64,000 nucleotides of DNA from contig OZ244207.1 in NCBI GenBank assembly GCA_965216875.1, positions 704,001 to 768,000 on the forward strand, given 5' to 3'. The notes beneath the pieces were generated by a model, which was given only the letters and a program-made list of their open reading frames with translations, searched no databases and was not told where the DNA came from. The position numbers and the translations under genes were made by a program. Below are positions 1 to 8,058 of the stretch, one piece after another (position 1 is the first letter of the stretch; every line of letters begins with the position of its first letter). This DNA comes from Rubripirellula sp. (GTDB taxonomy: Bacteria > Planctomycetota > Planctomycetia > Pirellulales > Pirellulaceae).

Positions 1-188
1 CATGGCAACCAAGACTTCATCGCAATCCCTTCGCTCTGTTCCACTTCCTGCATCAGGCCAAACACCCTCTTGAGCTGCAGAGGGTACGAGTAATAGGCAA
101 GGGTAGCGAAACCTGAGATTTGCGGAAAGTCCAGCATGACGGGGCGGAATCGCTTAGGTCATGCTGAGGCTTCGAAACTGCGCATTTC

Positions 189-317
189 AACACTCTCCCT
201 TGGGAGAGTCGGGCTCTAAGGCCCGGAGAGGGTTTGTTTTCGAAACTCATTCCCTCCCCGGACTTTGCGTCCGACCCTCCCGCAAGCGGGAGGGTGATTG
301 TTGGAACGCACGTTAAC
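189..317. repeat. ~128-bp palindromic intergenic element (REPIN/MITE-like), copy 1
   Basis: Near-identical to 33599-33726. Internal hairpins CTCTCCC-TT-GGGAGAG and CCCTCCCGC-AA-GCGGGAGGG; imperfect inverted ends CACTCTCCC ... GGGAGGGTG. Confidence 0.9.
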
Positions 318-401
318 CTGGGCAAGCACTTCACCTCATGGCACCGTAACTGCAATCCGCAGCACTCGCTATCGCGTGTTGGAGGAGTGCTCGAGGGGCA
401 T

Positions 402-440
402 CCACCTTCTGGCGAAGGTAGCTACGGCGAAAGTAGCTAC
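402..440 (-). repeat. GTAG-type REP (family A, GTAGCTACCTTCGCCAGAAGGTGG) plus a 15-nt duplication of its GTAG end
   Basis: 402-425 is the exact reverse complement of 4288-4311 and 4498-4521. 426-440 repeats 411-425 with one mismatch. Confidence 0.85.
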
Positions 441-477
441 GGGGATGCGTGGTTGCGAGCCAAAGTAGGGTACGGGC

Positions 478-1335
478 TTATTGGCGGACGAGCTTGCGGA
501 AGGCTTCGTTGAGCTGGTTGGTGATGGGGCCAGGTTTCCCGTCACCAATGACGCGATCATCGAGTTTGACGACCGCGATCACTTCGGCTGCACTGCCGGT
601 CAAGAAACACTCGTCGGCGATGTAGATGTCGTACCGTGTCATCGGTTCTTGAGCGGTTTCGATTCCTGCTTGTTCGGCCAACTCAAGGACGGCGTTGCGG
701 GTGATGCCTTCCAAGATGCCGGCATCGATGGGCGGGGTGATCAAGCGGTTCTTGCGAACGATGAAGATGTTGTCGCCTGTACACTCGGCCACTTCACCCT
801 TGTGGTTGAGCATCAACGTTTCCATGCACCCGGCCTTGAGACCTTCGATCTTGGCCATGATGTTGTTGAGGTAGTTGAGCGACTTGATCCGTGGACTGAG
901 CGCGGCGGGGTGATTTCGAATCGTTGCTGCGGTCACTAGCTCGAGGCCTTCCTCGTAGAACGAATCAGGGTACAGCGTGATGCCGTCCACGATGATGATC
1001 ACTTGCGGGTCGCTGCAACGATGGGGGTCGAGCCCGAGGGCGCCCGAGCCACGTGTGACGACGAGGCGAATGTAGCCATCTTCGAGTCCGTTGCGGGCAA
1101 CGGTTTCATTCACGTCGGCGGTCAACTTTTCGATCGACATCGGGATTTCGAGTGCGATCGCGTTGGCTGATTCGAAGAGCCGGACGAGGTGCTCGTGCAG
1201 TCGGAAGACTTTGCCGCTGTAGATCCTCAATCCTTCGAAGACCCCGTCGCCGTAAAGCAAACCGTGGTCGTAGACGCTGATTCTGGCGTCTTCGCGAGAA
1301 AAGAACTCACCGTTAATGTAGATCTGTTGGCTCAT
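478..1335 (-). CDS. ilvE: Branched-chain amino acid aminotransferase (class IV PLP)
   Basis: DHGLLYGDGVFEG, RIKSLNYLNN, ECTGDNIF, ILEGITR motifs. Start placed at MSQQIYING (ATG 1335); the ORF track extends to 1374. Confidence 0.93.
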   Translation of the reverse strand: MSQQIYINGEFFSREDARISVYDHGLLYGDGVFEGLRIYSGKVFRLHEHLVRLFESANAIALEIPMSIEKLTADVNETVARNGLEDGYIRLVVTRGSGALGLDPHRCSDPQVIIIVDGITLYPDSFYEEGLELVTAATIRNHPAALSPRIKSLNYLNNIMAKIEGLKAGCMETLMLNHKGEVAECTGDNIFIVRKNRLITPPIDAGILEGITRNAVLELAEQAGIETAQEPMTRYDIYIADECFLTGSAAEVIAVVKLDDRVIGDGKPGPITNQLNEAFRKLVRQ

Positions 1336-1456
1336 AGTCATTACTGCATGGTAGCTCGAGGGGGCCGCTAGCACATCTTAGCGGGCGGAGCGTCGAATCT
1401 TCTAGATGCGGTCATTGCGAGCGGGGCGAAACATCGCCGGCTCGGCCTTACAACCG

Positions 1457-2293
1457 TCAATCGACATCCGCTTTGGTAACGGCGTCGACAACGGCGGCAT
1501 CAAAATAATTGACCGCCATTCCTGCATCGACCACGACCGATTGGGCCGTGATTCCGCTACTTCGGGGGCTCAAGAGAAAGGCCGCCGTCGCCGCAACCTC
1601 GTCGGTGCTGACGGCGCGTCCGCGTGGGATGACCTTTTCGGCAAACAAGTAAGAATCGACGTAGCCAGGAATTCCTGCCGAGGCACTCGTTTTCAACAAT
1701 CCAGCGGCCACGGCGTTGAACCGCACTTCGCTGAAGCGGCTGAATGACTTGGTCAGAAACGCCAACGAGGACTCCAGTGCCGCCTTGATCGGCGCCATGA
1801 ATCCGTAGCTCTCGCTGGCCATGCGGGTCGTACTGATCCCGATGGTGACCACCGATGCGTCGTTAGCAAACAAGTCTTTCACAGCATTACAAACGCTGGT
1901 CAGTGAATAAGCGGAGATATCGATCGCCTGCAGGAACTGAGCGCGTGTCGTCTCGTGAAACGGGCGGATACCTTCGGGGTAGTCGGCAAAAGCGATGCTA
2001 TGCACGAGCCCATCAAGCGTGACGCCCTCGCCTCGCAACTGCTCGGCCAATGCGTCAATTTCCGTTTGTTTCTCGACGTCGCAAATCAGGACGCGTCGGT
2101 CGGCCAGCAGTTTGGCGAGCGATTCTTTGCGTGATTCGCTTCGCACACTGTAAATGACCTGCCCCCCCGACTGCTCGATCATTCGAGCAATTCGGAAGGC
2201 GACGCTTTTCTTGTTGGCAACACCCATCACTAGGTACGTCTTGCCAGCCAGACCCAAAAAGTCGAAACCGGGTTCACTCGCACTGTCACTCAT
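1457..2293 (-). CDS. fabI: Enoyl-ACP reductase, FabI-like SDR
   Basis: [25 protein letters not shown], catalytic YGFMAPIK (YxxMxxxK). Confidence 0.85.
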   Translation of the reverse strand: MSDSASEPGFDFLGLAGKTYLVMGVANKKSVAFRIARMIEQSGGQVIYSVRSESRKESLAKLLADRRVLICDVEKQTEIDALAEQLRGEGVTLDGLVHSIAFADYPEGIRPFHETTRAQFLQAIDISAYSLTSVCNAVKDLFANDASVVTIGISTTRMASESYGFMAPIKAALESSLAFLTKSFSRFSEVRFNAVAAGLLKTSASAGIPGYVDSYLFAEKVIPRGRAVSTDEVAATAAFLLSPRSSGITAQSVVVDAGMAVNYFDAAVVDAVTKADVD

Positions 2294-2298
2294 CGCCC

Positions 2299-2754
2299 TT
2301 AGCCCTCCGTCGACGTGATGCTACAGGCAAAGTCCAGACGAGCTGCGACCTTGCCACCGAGCAGTACTTTGCCAGTCATGTAATACGCATTGCTGACTTG
2401 ATCGTTCAGTGTCACGTCCAAATCGATGGTATCGCCGGGACGAACCATGCGTTTGAATTTGACGGCGTCCAAACGGGTCGCCACCGGAACGACCTCGCCC
2501 GTTTGCTCGTCATCGCCATCTTCGTTCGCGGCTGCTTTATCGAAAAGCAATGCTGCACCAGCTTGCAAACAGCATTCGCACTGGATGACGCCGGGCACGA
2601 TGGGGTCGCCGGGAAAGTGCCCCTGCACAAAAAACTCGCTCTTGCGGAACGTCTTGCGACAGACGATTCGAGATTCTTCGATCGAAACAATCTCATCGAG
2701 CAACAGCATCGGCGGGCGATGTGGGATTCGTCGCTGCAGTTCTTCGAGACTCAT
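2299..2754 (-). CDS. fabZ: 3-hydroxyacyl-ACP dehydratase, FabZ family
   Basis: [27 protein letters not shown] (His/Glu dyad), [10 protein letters not shown]; 5 bp upstream of the fabI-like gene. Confidence 0.82.
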   Translation of the reverse strand: MSLEELQRRIPHRPPMLLLDEIVSIEESRIVCRKTFRKSEFFVQGHFPGDPIVPGVIQCECCLQAGAALLFDKAAANEDGDDEQTGEVVPVATRLDAVKFKRMVRPGDTIDLDVTLNDQVSNAYYMTGKVLLGGKVAARLDFACSITSTEG

Positions 2755-3003
2755 GGGCTAACTTGGGGCGGCTAATGTGGGCGGACTTGGCGACGAGCGA
2801 GGCGATTTTGAGACGCCAAAAACAGACCAAATTCAATGGAGGCGTCAAGCGGGCAATGATTTGGTAGGCTGCCGATCAGAGGGCACATTCAGGGGCCGAC
2901 GCAGGTTCAGAGGCCGACGCAGCGCCCTGACAGCAGCTTGGCGGCTCCCCGGCAGCGCCCTGGCGGCGGGCCAGCTCCGAACTTCAGATCAATCGCAGAA
3001 CCA

Positions 3004-4269
3004 ATGACGACCTATTTTGCTACCGGATCGGAAACCACTTCGCTGACCAGCCAGGATCTCCGCGAGGCGCTCGAGGAGACGTTTGCCAAGATCGGTGAGC
3101 GAAAAAAGGTACTCGTTCTGCCCCCCGACCATACGCGATTGTTCAGTCGTGCGGGCGAGCTGACCGCACAGACTTTCGACCTGTTGGGAGATGCGGTTGT
3201 CGACATCATGCCCGCTCTGGGAACGCACTCGCCCATGAAGCCTGATCAGCTTCAACACATGTTTCCGGGCGTGCCGCTCGATCTGTTTCGGCCTCACCGG
3301 TGGCGCGACGATGTGGTCACCCTGGGGACCGTGCCAGCCGAATATGTGTCTGAAGTTACCGGCGGGCTCTACGACCGTCCCTGGCAAGCTCAAGTGAATA
3401 AGTTGCTTCGTGATGGTGGCCACGACCTGATCTTCTCGGTCGGGCAAGTTGTGCCGCACGAAGTGATCGGGATGGCCAACTACAACAAAAACATCTTTGT
3501 CGGTACCGGCGGCGCCGAGGGAATCAATGAGAGCCACTTCCTGAGCGCAGTTTATGGGATCGAAGAAACGCTGGGCCGAGCCAACACGCCGCTGCGTCAA
3601 ATCCTCAACTACGCCCAAGACAACTTTTGCAAAGAGCTGCCATTGCTTTATGCGTTGACCGTTGTGCAACAGACGGCCGACGGAAAAATGCACACGCGAG
3701 GTTTGTACATCGGTGATGACCACGACACCTTTTTCCAGGCTGCGGACTTGGCCGAAAAGGTGAACATTACGGACCTCGATCGTGCTCCGAATCATGTTGT
3801 TGCGTACCTCGATCCGTCGGAGTTCAAGAGCACTTGGTTGGGCAATAAGTCGATCTATCGCACGCGGCTTGCGATTGCCAATGGCGGTCGCTTGACCGTT
3901 CTCGGTCCCGCCGTCGAAGAGTTTGGAGAAGACGCTCAGATTGACCAATTGATTCGCAAGTACGGTTACCGAACCAAGTCGGAAATCTTGCAACTGGTGA
4001 AAGACAACGAAGACTTGGCTGCGAACCCATCGGCCGCAGCTCACTTGGTACACGGCTCGCACGAAAACCGTTTCGAAGTGGTTTACGGTGCCGGCAGATT
4101 GACCAGCGAAGAAATCGCATCAGTCAATTACACGCCAGGCGACGTCAACCAGTTGATGAATCAGTACGACGTTTCGAAGCTCGACGATGGTTGGCACACC
4201 GATGTCGATGGCAGCGAGTTTTACTTCATCAACAATCCAGCTCTCGGATTGTGGCGAGCGCCGATTTAG
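3004..4269 (+). CDS. Lactate racemase (LarA) family protein, nickel-pincer-dependent epimerase/racemase
   Basis: PDHTR, LGTH, PHEVIGMANYNKN and ESH match the LarA D/R, H, H...K and H positions. Start taken at ATG 3004. Confidence 0.8.
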   Translation: MTTYFATGSETTSLTSQDLREALEETFAKIGERKKVLVLPPDHTRLFSRAGELTAQTFDLLGDAVVDIMPALGTHSPMKPDQLQHMFPGVPLDLFRPHRWRDDVVTLGTVPAEYVSEVTGGLYDRPWQAQVNKLLRDGGHDLIFSVGQVVPHEVIGMANYNKNIFVGTGGAEGINESHFLSAVYGIEETLGRANTPLRQILNYAQDNFCKELPLLYALTVVQQTADGKMHTRGLYIGDDHDTFFQAADLAEKVNITDLDRAPNHVVAYLDPSEFKSTWLGNKSIYRTRLAIANGGRLTVLGPAVEEFGEDAQIDQLIRKYGYRTKSEILQLVKDNEDLAANPSAAAHLVHGSHENRFEVVYGAGRLTSEEIASVNYTPGDVNQLMNQYDVSKLDDGWHTDVDGSEFYFINNPALGLWRAPI

Positions 4270-4271
4270 GT

Positions 4272-4680
4272 TCACGAGGAATTCTGCGTAGCTACCTTCG
4301 CCAGAAGGTGGTTGTCTTGACTCGAGGCCGTGTACTGCCATCTCCACGCTATGGCGAGCGCGGGTTTGTAGTACCGCCTTTAGGCGGACAAGCCTGAAGA
4401 TTCCGGCTAAAGCTCGGTACTACGAACCGTTGGGGCTGGAGGTTGCGATCAGCAAAGCCCGGCCGCTTACGCGATCGCGGCTCACGAGGAATTCTTCGTA
4501 GCTACCTTCGCCAGAAGGTGGTTTTCTTGAGGCCGTGTTCTTCTGTCTTCTCGCTCTGGCGAGTGTAGGTTTGTAGTACCGCCTTCAGGCGGACAAGCCT
4601 GAAGATTCCGGCTAGAGCTCGGTGCTACGAACGGTTGGGGCTGGTTTTTTTGGGGGCCGCGTTCTGTTGTCTTCACGCTC
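4272..4680. repeat. Two ~210-bp tandem units, each with REP family A and a family B REP doublet (BIME-like mosaic)
   Basis: TCACGAGGAATTCT..GTAGCTACCTTCGCCAGAAGGTGG starts at 4272 and 4482; family B doublets at 4364-4427 and 4569-4632. Confidence 0.85.
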
Positions 4681-4944
4681 AGTGGAGCGTTGCCTCGGTT
4701 GAAGAACCCGGCATTTGCAGTGTTTCCCGCGCGGGAAACTGGAATCGCGGTAACCCGTCAATTTTCCGGCTTGGAGCAGTTTTGGCCATCTGCTAATCTT
4801 CCCCTCCACGCCAATGGAAACGCCTTCGCAATGATCGGTTGGGATGACCGGTGGAAAGGTCGCGAGATTGGCTGCCAAAGGGATGTCGGGAGCAAAGGAA
4901 GGCTTCCAGACACAAAAGGTTCAACCGCTGGAAAGGAGTCCACT

Positions 4945-5463
4945 GTGGAAACCAAACAGCCCTCCGTGAGCGTTCATATTCGTTGGATGATTCGCCGCGA
5001 CATGCCGGCGGTCTTGGGCATTGAAAATCGTTGCTTCGAGTTTGCTTGGAACGAAGACGACTTCATTCGTTGTCTTCGTCAGCGCAATTGCATTGGCATG
5101 GTCGCCGAGCAAGACGACGAAGTGGTTGGGTTCATGATCTATGAACTCCACAAGAATCGCCTGCACATTCTCAACTTTGCTGTGCACCCCGATCATCGTC
5201 GCACCGGCGTTGGCCGAGCGATGGTCAGCAAACTGCTCGGCAAGCTTTCGCATGAGCGACGCAACCGCATCATGCTCGAAGTTCGCGAAACGAACCTCGA
5301 GGCGCAGTTGTTCTTCAAGTCGATCGGTTTCCGAGCCATCTCGGTACTACGTGACTTCTATGATGACACTGTCGAAGATGCTTACCTGATGCAGTTCCGC
5401 TATCAGCCGAGTGCCGAAGAACTCGCTCAGCCGCACAATCGAATCTCTCGCTTGGCCGGCTAG
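4945..5463 (+). CDS. rimI: Ribosomal-protein-alanine N-acetyltransferase (GNAT)
   Basis: HILNFAVHPDHRRTGVG, LEVRETNLEAQLFFKSIGF, FY...EDAYLM. GTG start at 4945 after AAGGAG. Confidence 0.85.
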   Translation: METKQPSVSVHIRWMIRRDMPAVLGIENRCFEFAWNEDDFIRCLRQRNCIGMVAEQDDEVVGFMIYELHKNRLHILNFAVHPDHRRTGVGRAMVSKLLGKLSHERRNRIMLEVRETNLEAQLFFKSIGFRAISVLRDFYDDTVEDAYLMQFRYQPSAEELAQPHNRISRLAG

Positions 5464-5495
5464 GCACTCAATCAGCGAGACAATCGAATCAGATG

Positions 5496-5529
5496 ACGTT
5501 CCCGTGCAATCGCGCGGGAACGTTTTTTT
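5496..5529 (+). terminator. Rho-independent terminator after rimI
   Basis: 12-bp stem ACGTTCCCGTGC / GCGCGGGAACGT with AATC loop, followed by a T run. Confidence 0.75.
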
Positions 5530-5544
5530 GTCTGTTGAGCGCAT

Positions 5545-5608
5545 GTTTGTAGTCCCGCCTTTAGGCGGAATAGCCTGAAGATTCCGGCTAAAGCTCGGTA
5601 CTACGAAC
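5545..5608. repeat. GTAG-type REP doublet (family B), third copy
   Basis: GTTTGTAGTCCCGCCTTTAGGCGG...CCGGCTAAAGCTCGGTACTACGAAC, matching 4364-4427 and 4569-4632; lies between convergent rimI and moeB. Confidence 0.88.
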
Positions 5609-5633
5609 TTGTCGGGGCGGTGCCGTTCCCGAT

Positions 5634-6797
5634 TCAGTACGTTGGCACTTCGGGATCAATTTCGTGTGACCAAGCGGTGATGCCGCCGCGCAAGTTGGAG
5701 ACGTTGCTGAATCCTTGGTCTCTCAAGAAATGGGTCGCTTGAGCGCTGCGGCCACCCATTTTGCAATGGACGATGATTTCGGCATCTTTGTCCAGCTCGC
5801 CAAGACGCTCGGGTAATTGTCCCAGTGGAATCAGTTTGCCATTGAGATTGCAGAACTCAAATTCGTGCTCTTCGCGGACATCCAACAAAACGAAGTCGGC
5901 ATTCGAGTCGATTTTGGCTTTCAGTTCGGTCGGTTCGATGTCCCATGGACTCTGAGGCTCTGGCATGTCGTTTCCTGTTGAAGTGTTTGGTCCGCCACAG
6001 AATTGTTCGTAGTCAATCGGGGCGGTGATGGTTGGATGGTTGCCGCAAACGGGACAATTGGGATCGCGACTGACGCGCATCTCACGGAATTTCATATCCA
6101 TCGCGTCGAAAAGCAGCAACCGGCCTGAAAGTGTCTCGCCCTTGCCGAGCACGATCTTGATTGCTTCGATCGCTTGAATCATGCCGATCACACCGGGCAG
6201 GACGCCGAGCACACCCCCTTCGGCACAACTGGGAACGGAACCCGGTGGCGGCGGTTCGGGGTACAAGCATCGGTAACAGGGACCGCCTTGGTAACCAAAT
6301 ACAGAGGCTTGGCCTTCAAAGCGAAAGATGCTGCCGTAGCAATTTGGTTTGCCCTGCAGCACGCAAACATCATTGACGAGATAACGTGTCGGGAAATTGT
6401 CGGTGCCATCGATGACGATGTCATACGGCTCGGCGATTTGCAGCGCGTTGTCGCCCGTGAAGGCTTGGTCGAAACAATCGACTTGCACATTCGGATTGAT
6501 GTCGGCGATTGATTCGGCAGCGGAAACGGTTTTGCTGCGGCCGACGTCTTTGGTGCCGTGGATCACCTGACGTTGCAAGTTCGATGCGTCGACTTTGTCA
6601 AAATCGACCAAGCCCAGACGTCCGATCCCAGCGGCGGCGAGGTACATCGCCAAGGGCGATCCCAGCCCGCCGGTACCGACCAAGAGGATGCTGGCTGCCT
6701 TGAGTTTCGCCTGGCCTTCGATGCCCACTTCGGGCAGCGTCAAATGCCTCGCATAGCGAGCGTACTCTTCTTTTGTCAGCGAAGTATCCGACACCAT
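5634..6797 (-). CDS. moeB: MoeB/MoeZ-type E1 adenylyltransferase with C-terminal rhodanese domain
   Basis: RYARH, VGTGGLG, VDFD, SNLQRQ, DGTDN, CYRC...SCAEGG...CPVC; rhodanese HCKMGGRS. Confidence 0.92.
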   Translation of the reverse strand: MVSDTSLTKEEYARYARHLTLPEVGIEGQAKLKAASILLVGTGGLGSPLAMYLAAAGIGRLGLVDFDKVDASNLQRQVIHGTKDVGRSKTVSAAESIADINPNVQVDCFDQAFTGDNALQIAEPYDIVIDGTDNFPTRYLVNDVCVLQGKPNCYGSIFRFEGQASVFGYQGGPCYRCLYPEPPPPGSVPSCAEGGVLGVLPGVIGMIQAIEAIKIVLGKGETLSGRLLLFDAMDMKFREMRVSRDPNCPVCGNHPTITAPIDYEQFCGGPNTSTGNDMPEPQSPWDIEPTELKAKIDSNADFVLLDVREEHEFEFCNLNGKLIPLGQLPERLGELDKDAEIIVHCKMGGRSAQATHFLRDQGFSNVSNLRGGITAWSHEIDPEVPTY

Positions 6798-7069
6798 CAA
6801 CCTCCAGCGAGTGCCGGGACAATCAAGATCTCGTCGCGATCATCGAGTGGTGTTTGAGCGCCTTGGCGATCGCGAATGTTTTCATCACCGACAAAAACGT
6901 TGATGTAGTTCTTCAGTTCACCCTGATCATCAAGCAACTGCTGTCCGAGTTGCGGGTGCTGGCTGGCGAGGTCGGCAAGGGCGGCGCCGACCGTTTCACC
7001 GGCTACCTCGACACTGCGTACCCCTTGAGCGTGTTGTCGCAAGACGGTTGGCAACAAGACTTTTGTCAT
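6797..7069 (-). CDS. MoaD/ThiS-family ubiquitin-like sulfur carrier
   Basis: 90 aa with LPTVLR, INVFVGDENIR and C-terminal PALAGG; start and stop codons overlap both neighbours. Confidence 0.9.
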   Translation of the reverse strand: MTKVLLPTVLRQHAQGVRSVEVAGETVGAALADLASQHPQLGQQLLDDQGELKNYINVFVGDENIRDRQGAQTPLDDRDEILIVPALAGG

Positions 7070-7842
7070 ACTTGTTGATCCTCGGTGTTGTTTGACGGGC
7101 CGCAAATCGGGCAGTTGGGATCACGACGGACGCTCAGTGTGCGAAACGTCATTTCGCGAAGGTCAAACCGGAGCAAGCGTCCGGCAAGGGTATCGCCGAT
7201 ACCAGAAATGATTTTGACCGCTTCCATCGCACCCATGCAGGCGACCGTTCCTGAGACGGCGCCAAAGACCGGGAACTGTCGTTTCCACGTCGGCGGAGCG
7301 TGCGGAAAGATGCATTGCAGGCATGGTGATTGATCGGGAAGGACGGTCGTGATGTGCGCTTCCAACTCGTACATCGCGCATTCAACCAGCGGTTTGCCCT
7401 GCAGGACCGCTTGGCGATTCATTGCAAAGCGTTCGGGGAACAGCGGGGCACAGTCGACGATCAAGTCACATTGCTCGACGAGCCTTTCGGCATTCTCTTC
7501 GTTGACGTTTTCGGGGACGGCAACGATTTCGAGCCTTGGATTGAGGTCCAGGAGTCGCCGCTCGATCGATTCGATCCGAGGCTTGCCAATCCAATCGTGC
7601 GTCATCAGAAGCTGACGGTTCAGGTCGCTTGGTTTGACGTTGCCGGCATGAGCGAGCACTAGTTTTCCGACGCCGGCTGCGGCGAGTTCGTATGCCACGA
7701 CGCTGCCAACGCCGCCAACGCGTGACACCATCACCGACGCATTCTTTAGCTTCTGCTGCCCCGATTCGCCAAAGTCGGGAACCCACATTTGCCACTCGTA
7801 GGTTGCGCGTTCATGGTCGGTCAGTGGTGGCAAATCGGTCAT
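7066..7842 (-). CDS. HesA-like ThiF/MoeB family protein with degenerate adenylation motifs
   Basis: GQQKLKNASV, SDLNRQ, Zn ligands CLQC and CPIC; resembles cyanobacterial HesA (RQLLMTHDWIGKPR). Confidence 0.85.
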   Translation of the reverse strand: MTDLPPLTDHERATYEWQMWVPDFGESGQQKLKNASVMVSRVGGVGSVVAYELAAAGVGKLVLAHAGNVKPSDLNRQLLMTHDWIGKPRIESIERRLLDLNPRLEIVAVPENVNEENAERLVEQCDLIVDCAPLFPERFAMNRQAVLQGKPLVECAMYELEAHITTVLPDQSPCLQCIFPHAPPTWKRQFPVFGAVSGTVACMGAMEAVKIISGIGDTLAGRLLRFDLREMTFRTLSVRRDPNCPICGPSNNTEDQQV

Positions 7843-8058
7843 TTGTCGCCAAAAGGTGGGAAAGCGTGGAACGGGGCGTCTATTTTAGCGATCTCAGTTT
7901 GGTTTGCGGATGACCCTACCTTCCTTGCTCTGGACCAAGCAAATCCGTTCCAATGATTGGAATGGCGTGTATGGGGCGAGAAGATTGGCGGGGCGAAGCA
8001 TTGTCGCGGCCGCAGCGTCGTCGACTGGGACGTGAATCGTCGATTCGGAATTGGATGA

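Noticed and set aside
64..166. Two inverted repeats (ACCCTCT/AGAGGGT and CAGCATGAC/GTCATGCTG) as a structured RNA
   Set aside because: No family signature, and the downstream context is off the window edge.
53..560. Short ORFs of 100, 92 and 63 aa
   Set aside because: They run through repeat elements or lie antisense to or overlapping ilvE, and show no protein-like features.
478..2754. ilvE-fabI-fabZ as a dedicated branched-chain lipid pathway
   Set aside because: Co-orientation alone is insufficient; no ketoacid dehydrogenase, ACP or ketosynthase gene is present.
4690..4944. 85-codon N-terminal extension of rimI in the ORF track
   Set aside because: GNAT similarity starts later, and AAGGAG precedes the GTG at 4945.
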